This document shows positions 41,446-51,334 of a stretch of DNA of 64,000 nt, in pieces; position 1 is the first letter of the stretch, and the number at the start of each line of letters is the position of its first letter. The translations under genes and the position numbers were made by a program. Source of the DNA: Mobula hypostoma (Eukaryota); the NCBI RefSeq assembly GCF_963921235.1, contig NC_086106.1, forward strand, positions 21,204,001 through 21,268,000, given 5' to 3'. The notes under the pieces are model-generated. The model worked only from the letters and a program-made list of their open reading frames with translations. It was not told where the DNA came from and did no database searches.

Positions 41446-41723
41446 CACTGTTCCTAATTCCCTCTCTGACGCAGGCAGCAGCACCATCGGCACCGTCAAG
41501 TCTTTTAGTTTCTCCGCCAAGGCGCAACTGGCTGACCGGGTAAATTTGCGGTACTTTAAAATTGTCATGTCCATCAGGGTCTGTCGGTCGTAAAAATACG
41601 TTTGGCATGAACAATTACACCCCTAAAAGCCGCTTTTTGGTAGTACAAAAATAGGGGAGATGAAGTCAGAGCAAGTGATCGACTATGCCCCTAGAATGGG
41701 TAGGTTCTGAATTTCTGCGAATA
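41446..41723 (-). pseudogene. Candidate TCR V pseudogene
   Basis: TTTATTTCTAG acceptor; xFAEIQNLPILGA*SITC; frameshifted (W>L)YYQK; FLRPTDPDG resembling FLLQTHTSG of the supporting V; ADGAAACVRE; AACAGTG heptamer at 41446-41452; 271-bp exon. Confidence 0.4.
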
Positions 41724-42689
41724 CTAGAAATAAATACCACAAAATATCGTGGATAACATTCCTATTTTAATAACCTCCAGGTGACACAAGGTTGTCTGAA
41801 ATTTTGCCCATTTCTGCATTTCAATCTCCCTCTCTCTAAATCTGTTATCGGTTCATGGGAGAGTGTTGTTCTCTGTCAGCTGTGATCACTGAAGACATAA
41901 CCACATTACAACGTTGATTATTAATTTCCCTCAACTGAGCAGGGTGGTGATTAAATGCATAATACCAGCTCGTGCAATATGAGAACAGATTTCGAAGGCA
42001 TTGACGTCAAACTTTAATTTGACAGACCATTAAAAGCGCCCATTTGCAACCAATTGGATCCCACAAAATATTGTGCTGCACTGCAGAAAATTCCAGAGTG
42101 GCGCTGTCTTGAGTCACTATGCAGTGTTTGAAATTTGTTCGTAATCAAAAAGCAAACAAATGAATAATTAAGTGAATACTCGGCGTATTTAGAGCAAAAC
42201 GTTTTAAAGCAAAGCACCTACGTTTATCGTATATACATGATAGTTGTAAGGAAACAAATTACAAACAGTTGGAATGTCAAAATAACGATAAAGTAACACA
42301 ATATAAATAGTGGAACGGATAATCCAGGTTGTTATCTCAATCAAGTTTGTGTCCTGGTTTGACTTAAATTAGATCTGGCTTAACATGCTGCCATTGCATA
42401 TTTTTGTATATTAGATAGTGCAACGCTCTAAAACGTCAGCTCTAAGATAGAACCCCATTCTCGCTAAAACCTATAATGACTGTACAATTTCTCCCTGCCA
42501 ACGCGTAGTTTTCCTGCGGGAACCTCAGTTTCCTTTCACATTCCAAAGAGCTGCCGGTTCGGATTGGTCAATTGCGGCCATGGTATGTTGGCGCTAAAAG
42601 CTTGGAGACCCTGAAGGCTGACCCAGCATATACGAACATACGACTGTAATATTCGGAAATCCACAAAGAAAGAAAGAAGTAAATAAATA

Positions 42690-42700
42690 TATATATATAA

Positions 42701-42752
<52 letters not shown>

Positions 42753-42795
42753 TTAGATAAATAAATAAATAAACGAACAATTAATTAATTAAATA
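42690..42795 (+). repeat. (GATA)n/(TAAA)n compound microsatellite
   Basis: Direct reading. Confidence 0.95.
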
Positions 42796-43009
42796 AATTA
42801 AATGAAATGAGAGAAAATCCCAGTATGTTAGCCCTTTCATTCCTGGAATCACCCTTCTGAACCTACTGTGGACCATCTCCAATACCAGCACACATTTTCC
42901 AAAATGAACAACCCAGACCAGTTCACCATTTGAAAGATGAGACCTCACTGGTGCCTCATAAATTCTCAGCATCACATTCCTGCAATTCCACTCTAGACCT
43001 CTGAAATGA

Positions 43010-44100
43010 ATGCTCAGAAATGAGCACGGGGAGAAAATTCTCAACCACAACCTTAAATGCCTTCCATGCTACTTCCTCAGTACCGAAGCCGCCAGAGACT
43101 TGGAGCTTAGGTGAGACAGATGAAGATGCCACGACGCAAGAACCAGATGTGGAAAACGACACTGATGCAAATGTTAAACCCTTCATGTCTGATTATCCTC
43201 TTTGTTAACACCGCCAGAATTAAATCACCTGATCTGGCACTCAGAGTTATCAAAAGCTAAAGCAGAACTACTTGGCAGAAGACTGCAAGGATGGAGTTTG
43301 CTGTTAGCAGGTACAAAAAATTCTATCTTTCGAAACCGTCAAGAACATTGACAAACTTCTTTACGCAAGTTGAAAACCTGTTTCTGCATTTACATTGATT
43401 ACACTGACAAAGATATGTCTGCATCCTCTTCATATAAAACACTGATTGATGAAACATTTTGTGAAAACAATGAACAAATACGGTGACGAATTTCGCTATT
43501 TGAGAGAGATGTTTAGAAGAATTATTCATGCCAAGATTAAGAAAGGCATTTTTATTGGTCCACAAATCAGACAGGCCATCAATGGCAGGGAGTTCGAAGA
43601 TCTGCTAGTAGAGCCAGAGGAGGTAGCATGGAAGGAATTTAAAGATGCGTTTGAGAGTTTTCTTGGCAACTACAGAGCGCCAAGCTAGATTGAGATGCTT
43701 AACAACATGCTTAAAACATATATAAAAAAAAACATGAAGTGCAGCATGATATTGGAAATTAATTTTCTGCATTCACACATGGACTTCTTGCCTGCTGATC
43801 TTGGTGCAGTCTGTGACGAACATGGTGAAAGGTTTCACCAGGACATTGCAACCATGGAGAAGCGGTATCAGGACAACTGGAATCCATTAAGGCTGGCGAA
43901 CTATTGTTGGACACTGGCACCAGTTGCACCAGATACTGAGTGCAAAAGCATCTGAAAAACATGTTAAGCTCATTTGAACTAACACAATGTGCCAGCATTA
44001 TTATGCAATTAAACCTGTTAAATTCAATAAACGTTTTAATGTCTATCCAAATTCTTACGTGATACAGCAAAACTTATTTTTTTTTTGAGCATGACATTGT
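43010..44100 (+). mobile_element. DNA transposon transposase C-terminal remnant (superfamily not assigned)
   Basis: ORFs 43446-43688 and 43695-43955: KGIFIGPQIR, FLGNY, FLHSHMDFLP, LGAVCDEHGERFHQDIATMEKRYQ, NYCWTL. Confidence 0.7.
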
Positions 44101-44593
44101 CTGTCATAATCTCTATTTGGTTTCAGGTAGCAAAATGTTTGGAAAAAAAAAATGTTTTCCAGTGAGCTATTCCCGGAATGTACAATAAATACTTTCCCGG
44201 TCTGCATGTGAATGATTGAGCCTGGACTATTAACGTCCGGTCTGCTTTGGCGCTCGTCTCTATAATACCATCATTAGATATTTATATATACATATAAGCT
44301 CTTCTTGTCTGTCATAATGGGCCGCATATTCACCACAATGCATTTGTTGCGGTAGCGGCTGACGGGGGAGTCTTTTGGAACTGAATGGTTTTAGAAGTGT
44401 CTTCATGTAATTAGCAGTGAGTTTCCCCGTTGGCTGATATTCAGGACGAAATGTTAGTATTTAACATCTGCGTCATTTCGAATATGAGAGATTAGTGCAG
44501 GATTTTCAGCATCTCCTCTGCGGTCTTGGTGCTGGTACATTTTTGTACTGCTCCTCTCATATTTTGAAACACTGTGTAATCCACAACATTGAG

Positions 44594-44632
44594 GTTTTTT
44601 GTGCATCTCGCTTCCTCTTTTCGATCACTGTG
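44594..44632 (-). promoter_or_regulatory. 23-RSS of the supporting TCR-delta V
   Basis: CACAGTG (44626-44632), 23-nt spacer, ACAAAAAAC (44594-44602). Confidence 0.95.
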
Positions 44633-44938
44633 CTCTTCGGCGACTGATGGTACATTGGTACAAAGCCGAGTCGCTCACTTGCAGTTTAGAGATCGTTAAC
44701 ATGCTGATTTTATTTTCCCGATCGACAGAACCAAAGAAGTGTCCTTCGGCAGCATTTTCCTGATCCTGTTCTCCAGAGGTATGAGTCTGGAGCAGAAATT
44801 CTGGAGGCTCTGCTTGGCGCTGCCGGTACCAGTGTATCGTGTATGGACAAAACCCGGAATATTCGCAGCTTACTGTGACTACGTCATCAGAATAAGAAGA
44901 TTGTAGAGGACGACCCAAGAACACCAGGGATATAGGAT
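44633..44938 (-). CDS. TRDV: Supporting TCR-delta V exon of the NAR-TCR cassette
   Basis: TTCCTTCAG acceptor; open frame DPISLVFLGRPLQSSYSDDVVTVSCEYSGFCPYTIHWYRQ...DSALYQCTISRR; both canonical Cys and Trp present; extra Cys in CDR1; intact RSS; in frame with the phase-1 J donor. Confidence 0.9.
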
Positions 44939-45023
44939 CTGAAGGAATTTAGAAGAGGCATCACAATTACTATATTATCGGTACTGGATTGGCCACACAT
45001 AGGAATTGGTGAAGGATTCATAC

Positions 45024-45063
45024 CGGCTAGTTTCGTTCACAATACGTCCAAAATGTTTTTCAT
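45024..45063 (-). pseudogene. Vestigial leader exon of the supporting V, with in-frame stop
   Basis: ATG AAA AAC ATT TTG GAC GTA TTG TGA ACG AAA CTA GCC G|GTATGA: 40 nt, phase 1, 85-nt intron to the V acceptor. Confidence 0.6.
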
Positions 45064-46004
45064 GCATTTGGGAATTATTCCAACGACTTTCTGCGGTGGA
45101 GAAATATTTGCTAGATGGTGCAGGAGGGGAAGGGAAATTAATAGGATGCGAAGTTGAATGACTGCGTGAAAATGATGGAATATGTGAAACCATGGGTATC
45201 AATAAATAAAATGTAGAGCATTTGTGAAATATTCTCAGAGAGCGAAAACCCAGCGAGTTGGAGGATCTACCTGTTCTATTGTGAAAACTTCTACGTTTTC
45301 CTTCTTTCATGTTTGTTACGGGAAGTCAAATAGGAATTCTAAAATTCTGAGTGTGTTGCTTAGGTTTCCAGCATCAGCGGATTTCCGGTTGTATTGCCCT
45401 TCGCTGTGTAAAGTCATCTTCCTTTATTTTAACACACCAGGCAGTTTCCATATTTTTTTTTGTTTGTTTGTTTTCTGATTATGTTTGTTCTGCCTTTGCT
45501 GCATAAAGTATATATGCTGTCATCTTAAAATGTTCTCAAGCAGTCTGACAGATTTAGCTTGCATTTCAGTTTACACTTAGGCGTCAGACTCAATTGTACC
45601 TTGGAGTCTTCCCTCACTAATTACATCGGTAGCTCGTTTCAGTGGATGTATACTGAACAATCACTCAGCGAAGGACGCCCCTGAGAAGTTCCGTCAAACT
45701 TGATAGCCCGAGGTGCTGACCCAAGATGAGTATTACTTCCGCTGACCCTGAAAGAGCTAAGACAAAAGAAATACACGCTCTGCATGTGGGAGTGAACACC
45801 TGCGTCTCCTTTTGCACAGCTGATTTTATTTTTTATGGTACCCTTCCTAAGACGAAGGCACGGCTAGCAATCTGAGCGTGTTATTTTGCATCAAGCCCAA
45901 CACAGCTTCCGTAACAGAAATATCTATCCAAGTTGAAATTTTCAGCTAAGCTGCTTTAATATGCACATTGAAAAAAAGAAGCTTTATAAAGTTGAAATAC
46001 TTAC

Positions 46005-46062
46005 CGACTGTGACAGTGACCGTAGACCCGCTTCCATCTTCATAGTAAGTTTTGTAGTCACA
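46005..46062 (-). CDS. NAR-TCR J segment
   Basis: CDYKTYYEDGSGSTVTVTV followed by G|GTAAGT donor; IgNAR-like xGxG motif; preceded by a 23-RSS. Confidence 0.9.
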
Positions 46063-46101
46063 CACCGTGATCCGACTCTCAATCTCACTAGTACAAGAAT
46101 C
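46063..46101 (-). promoter_or_regulatory. 23-RSS of the NAR-TCR J
   Basis: Plus-strand CACCGTG (46063-46069), 23-nt spacer, ACAAGAATC (46093-46101). Confidence 0.85.
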
Positions 46102-46401
46102 ATCTTGAACTCAGTCTATTCAGCAGCAATCATTGGACAGTTTGGAAACATTCCAAACTTTTAAAACAAGAACAACTGCATTCAGCGTTTCACAAACACC
46201 ATTGAAGCTACCCATGAGAAGAAATCTCTGTAAAGTGACCTCATCATACTTACCTTATGTCGGTTACCTAAACTGCAGCAAATATCAATAAATCCCTGGA
46301 AGGAACAAAGTACAATTGAATTCAGCTGATCAGTGTGCGAATGTAATGTGACATATGATTTTATACCCCTACTGCAGAATATATATTTTAACGGGGCCAG
46401 A

Positions 46402-46473
46402 AGTTTCTGTTCGATTGTCTTCCGTTGTGTGTATTCCAGTCATCCACACTGTTTGATATCCAGTTCAAATTGC
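46402..46473 (-). other. NAR-TCR D segment (46430-46444, GATGACTGGAATACA) with flanking 12-type RSSs
   Basis: 3' RSS: CACAACG, 12 nt, ACAGAAACT (46402-46429). 5' RSS (plus strand): CACACTG (46445-46451), 12-13 nt, weak nonamer TCAAATTGC. Lies between V and J. Confidence 0.75.
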
Positions 46474-46787
46474 AGGAGCCTGTTCGGCAGGAGAATACAT
46501 CCTCCCAGCTGCTCTTCCAGTTTCCATGCTATTGGAGCAGGGTCCCATCTGAAATATGCGATTGGGAAGTGGGAGTGTCATTCTCACTTGCTGTAGACTG
46601 CACAATTCCTGGGGAAGGTGGTTTTCCATGCAAATACAGTACAGAAGAGAAAGTAACTAGCGTACGAACTGACAACTTCCAGTCCCATTGCAAACAAGAC
46701 TGTATGGAACACAGTCGAAGAACCTTCTGAAATTACTAGCACATGAACTCCGCTGCTTCAGACACTGATGGGATAACTTCCATCTCT

Positions 46788-46825
46788 TGTTTGTGTACGG
46801 TGGTGGTCCCTTTCCAAACACTGTG
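46788..46825 (-). promoter_or_regulatory. 22/23-type RSS of the NAR-TCR V
   Basis: CACAGTG (46819-46825), 22-nt spacer, ACACAAACA (46788-46796). Confidence 0.9.
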
Positions 46826-47116
46826 TGCACCATTCATATTCAGCTTTACAAAAATAGGTGGCACTGTCGTCAACTTCAAGATTCATAATTTTCAGTGTAA
46901 ATATCATTTCTGCGTTATTTTGCGCCTTTATAACTCTTGTTCCTGCGGAGATCCGCTCCCATCCCGTTTTTCGCTGTGTTTGTTTGAAGAAATGTCCGGT
47001 TACCAGCTGATAGCTTCCCGTCCAACCAGGATGGAAAGTGCATGTGATTGTGAGAGACTGGCATTCACTTTTCGTCACCGCTGTCGGGCTCTGGGTCACG
47101 GACTGGCTGAAGACGA
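46826..47116 (-). CDS. NAR-TCR V exon (IgNAR-like V lacking CDR2)
   Basis: TTTCCAG acceptor; VFSQSVTQSPTAVTKSECQSLTITC...TGWERISAGTRV...FTLKIMNLEVDDSATYFCKAEYEWC; short FR2/CDR2 region and WERI/YxCKA motifs as in IgNAR-type V; open frame. Confidence 0.9.
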
Positions 47117-47262
47117 CTGGAAATTAAGAATAAGGAGAAGCGAAACAGCATTAGATATGACACACACAAGAAGGCTAACAACATGACTTCAAGGATTCTG
47201 TATACACTCGTTCAGTTTCGTATTTAACACGATTATACTGTAAATTTGTGAACAGTACTCAC

Positions 47263-47305
47263 CGTCAAAGCAGAGGCACAGTGTGACATACAAGAGAAAT
47301 TTCAT
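47263..47305 (-). CDS. Leader exon of the NAR-TCR V
   Basis: MKFLLYVTLCLCFD followed by G|GTGAGT; 43 nt, phase 1; 146-nt intron; splices in frame to the V exon. Confidence 0.9.
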
Positions 47306-47539
47306 TGTTTCCTCTCCGGGTGTCAGATGGATTATACAGCCGCTAGCGAGGCTGCTGTGGTAGGTTCCTTCTCAGAACTGGGCAGAGACGCCTCAGCCGG
47401 TTTCTGTTCTAGATTTATTCAACTGCTTCACTGTTTCCGAATTATCTGTTGTGGGGGAAAGGGTCAGAATTGATTAACAATAGCTGTGGTTCCCTTTTCA
47501 CTCCTTTTGTTTGCAACTGATGTGAAAGTCAGGGGTACT

Positions 47540-47880
47540 GCGTGAAGGAAATGACATAATTTACGGATGCTACGGTGAAATGAAGTTTCGCCAAGATAAA
47601 TGTGATTGCCACTAGGTTGATAAACGTATCAGCTGTGAGCTTCCGGAGGTCTCCAGTGATTGAGACAAAGAGATAAAGAAAGGCGAGAAAGGTGTCAGAA
47701 ATGGAACTCGTGATTTGCTGAGTACTGTGGAAGTAGGAAGCAAAGATGATGACATTGAAAACATCAGCAAGATTACGTGAAGCAGCACTAGTACAGTCGT
47801 CCATGTAGCATGAATAAAAAAAAAATGAGGGACATTGAAACTCTGCAAGTGAGTTTTTGGAGCATGCATTGTTCCACGAA
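47540..47880 (-). mobile_element. Penelope-like RT remnant
   Basis: CYMDDCTSAAS...FASYFH...SISDTFLAFL...VSITGD in ORF 47529-48062. Confidence 0.7.
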
Positions 47881-47881
47881 G

Positions 47882-50800
47882 GTAACGAAATTACCGCCAG
47901 AGCAGCGTTAGGGTTGGGGACATGCGGATTCCCACGGCTCCGCAGTGGCTTTCGAAAAAGTGGGAGGATCGAAATTTTTTTTTTTTTTGAAACAATGCTC
48001 TGCGTGAGAACCAGCTGACCAATGTTGTTTAGATTTCTTGCCCTTTTTTTGCGAGATAACATGTACGATGCAGTCAGTTTATAGTCTGGCTAATTTCGCC
48101 GAATTTTATTCTCTGCACAGTCCACAGCATTGCTTGCATTATCAACAAAGCACATATAATGCAACATAATTCTGAACTGATAGTACAAACTGCAGACTAA
48201 TTTTCAAAGAATTGTGCAAATATTGCTCTCAATATTATCATTATAATTATTATTGTTAATACATTTTTTTCGCAGTTCAAACTGTTAAAACGTAAGGGTC
48301 AGGTATAGCCAAACACGTCTATTTGTCAGCTGCTGGAAAATTTTGAACTATTCTTATGGGGTTTCGTATTGTGGCTTTCTGAAGCCCTACATTGATACTG
48401 GTCTACATGCTTAGTTGTTCAATAGTATAATGTAGTGCTTTGGGGTTATACCAGCTGTACATATTACCATGGGACAATGTATAGCTGATCATATTTCAAA
48501 GTCTTTAAATTTCCTACTTAAATACAGCATACTAACAGTGTTTTTCTCGATTTATTGATTTGGATATTATGTGTGTTTCTATCTATCATTAAAGTTATTA
48601 TTGCCCGTTTATCCCGTATTATTGTATGCAGACAATTATAATGCATTGTCCTCTATGCAATCACTGATGCGTTAGAATGTATATTTGTANNNNNNNNNNN
48701 NNNNNNNNNNNNNNNNNNNNNNNNNNNNNNNNNNNNNNNNNNNNNNNNNNNNNNNNNNNNNNNNNNNNNNNNNNNNNNNNNNNNNNNNNNNNNNNNNNNN
48801 NNNNNNNNNNNNNNNNNNNNNGGTGATCCTTTAAATTTACCGTGTTTATGTTACGATCCGGACCGTTTATTCCCTGTTTTCCTTTGTCCCTCGACTTTGG
48901 TGATCAGAGGCAATTAATGCTCGGCTGAACCGATAGTTCATAGTCTCCGGCTTTCAGCCGTTTGGCACGGGAGCGGCTGCAAAGCCACCAAGGTACGGCG
49001 TGCCCATGTCATCTGGACGGAGCAAGCCTAGTCTCGGCCCGAAGCGAGTGCCGGTAATTCACCTTTCCTTACCGGAGCAACCCTGTCAAGATACCCGGCT
49101 AAAGCGAGCCTGCAAAGTTTCCTCAACGAGGTGGCTCCGTCAGTTAATCCGCTGGAGGGAATCAAGAACCATTGTCTACTATTGCTGGGCCGAGTCGATA
49201 GCTCGCCAATAACCGGAGACTTCAAGTCAAGTCCTTGCTCCAGCGGCATTCTAGCACCAAGTCAAGTTCTGGTCCTGGCGGCATTCTAGCGCCAAGTCAA
49301 TTCCTCGCCCTGGCGGCACTCTAGTACCAAGACAAGTCCTGGCCCTGGCGGCATTCTAGCACCAAGTCAAGTCCTAGTCCTGGTGGCATTCTAGCACCAA
49401 GTCAAGTCCTGGGCCTGTCGGCATTCTAGCAGCAAGTCAAGTCCTTTCCCTGGGGGCTTCGCAGTTCTGAGTAAAACCCTGGCCCTGGCGGTTTGTGATT
49501 CCTGTCCTGTCCGCTTGTCTGAATCCCTTCTCTGCCCCTCTCGCCTCTAGCCCTCGTCTGCAGCCCCCGCCTGCCCTTCATCGGCGGAGCTAGATAAGTA
49601 CTGTCTGGTGTTCAATCGTGTTGGTCTTGTCTTGTCTTGTCCTCACCTCCGTGGGGTAAGTCAGACCGTCTTGCACTTGCTCCGCGGGGGTTCATGTTTT
49701 GTCTTTGCTGGTCCTCACCTCCTTGGGGGTAAGTCTGGCCGTCATGCCGTTGCCTCGCGGGGAGTCATGTTTTGTCCTGTTCTTGCCTCCGTGGGGTAAG
49801 TTAGGCCGCCTCACCGTTGCCCCGCGGGGTGTCACATCGTGTCTTGTCTTGTCCTCGCCTCCGTGGGGTAGGTCAGGTTGTCTTGCCGTTGCCCCTCGAG
49901 GGGTCATGCTCTGTCTTGTCCTGTTCTCTCCTCCGTGGAGTAAGTCAGGCCGTCTTGCCGTTGCCCGGCGGAAGGTCATGAGTCCTGGCACTATGTCCTG
50001 TAGCCAAGAACGGGTCCCGGCTCTTTGTTCTGTGTGTGAGTCCCGGCCCTATGTCCTGTACGCAAGGAGGGCTCCCGACTCTGAGGTCTGTGTATGTGTC
50101 CATGATTCCGCGTACCTGCTCTCCCGAGACCGAGGATCTGTGTTCTCATGTTCCTCCTCTCCCTAGCCCATGTCATGTCCATGCCTGGTTCTGGGGTCCG
50201 AGCCCGAGGCAAGACCCAGGTACTTGGCCCTTGCCCAGTCTCGGGCTCGGAGTCCATACTCTAGCCTCTTCATGTCTCCTTCTAGGTCTGGGAGCCGATT
50301 CCGAGTCCTGGCCTAGTCGTAGTCCTCAGTCCATGTCCAGTTCGCTACTCCTGCTCCTGCCTAGCTCTCCTGATATCGAACAATAAACTAAATTTAATTA
50401 ACCTCACAATATGTGTCTTGCATTTGAGTCCACCCTTGCTCCCAAAGCCCCCACCATTGTGACAAAGTAACGAAATTACCGGCATAGCGGCGTTAGGGTT
50501 GGGGAACATACGGATTCCGACGGCTACACATTGGCTTTGGAAAAAATGGGAGGATCCAAAATTTAAAAAAAAATGCACTGCATGGGAACCCGCTAACCAA
50601 CGTTGTTTAGATTGTTTGCTCTTTCTTTGCGAGATAACCTGTACGACGCACTCAGTTTATAGTCTGGTTAATTGCGTATAATTTTATTCTCTGCACAGTC
50701 AGCAACATTACTTGCATTATCAACAAAGCCCGCAGAATGGCAACATAACGCTAAACTAATACTACAAACTGCAGACTATTTTTTCAAAGAATTGTGCAAA

Positions 50801-51235
50801 TATTGTTCTCAGTATTATTATTATGATTATTATTGTTATTATTTTTTTTTTCTCTCAGCTCAAGCTGGTAGAACGTAAGGGCCGGGTACAGCCAATCACG
50901 TCTATTTGTCAGTTGCTGGAAAATTTCGAACTATTCTTGTCGTGTTCTGGATTGTGGCTTTCTGAAGACTTACATGGATTTTGCTCTACTTACTTATTTG
51001 GTCAATGGTATAATGTAGTGCCTTTGGGATTATAACAGCTGTACATATTATCACAGGTCAATGTATAGTTGTTCATATTTCAAAGTTTTTACATTTCCTA
51101 CTTTAATAGAGCATATTACCGATGTTTTTTCTCTCATTTATTGGTTTGGATATTATGTGTGTTTCGATTGGATGTATCTATAATTTAAGTTGCTCTTGCC
51201 TACTTATCCCGTACTATCGGCTGCAAACAATTATT
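47882..51235 (+). repeat. Diverged direct duplication of ~800 bp (47882-48689 and ~50467-51235)
   Basis: Both copies start GTAACGAAATTACCG...AGGGTTGGGG and align by eye through ...CAATCACTGATGCGTTAGA. Confidence 0.85.
48849..50464 (+). mobile_element. LTR-like element (~1.6 kb) containing two minisatellite arrays
   Basis: Termini TGTTAC...TGTGACA; AATAAA at ~50382; ~37-bp unit at 49220-49490 and ~57-60-bp unit at 49600-49990; no TSD. Confidence 0.6.
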
Positions 51236-51296
51236 ATGGATTGTCCTCTGTGCAATCACTGATGCGTTAGAGTATATATTAGTCGTATTCTGAATC

Positions 51297-51298
51297 TG

Positions 51299-51332
<34 letters not shown>
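51297..51332 (+). repeat. (ATT)n microsatellite
   Basis: Direct reading. Confidence 0.9.

Positions 51333-51334
<2 letters not shown>

Noticed and set aside
46331-46337. CAGTGTG as a possible second D heptamer
   Set aside because: No nonamer at 12 or 23 nt and no partner RSS.
47277-47283. Perfect CACAGTG inside the NAR leader exon
   Set aside because: No nonamer at either spacer length; treated as coincidental.
49220-49990. Regularly spaced repeats resembling a CRISPR array, with long Pro/Arg-rich ORFs
   Set aside because: Units are contiguous minisatellites without unique spacers, in eukaryotic DNA; the ORFs are by-products of GC-rich repeats.
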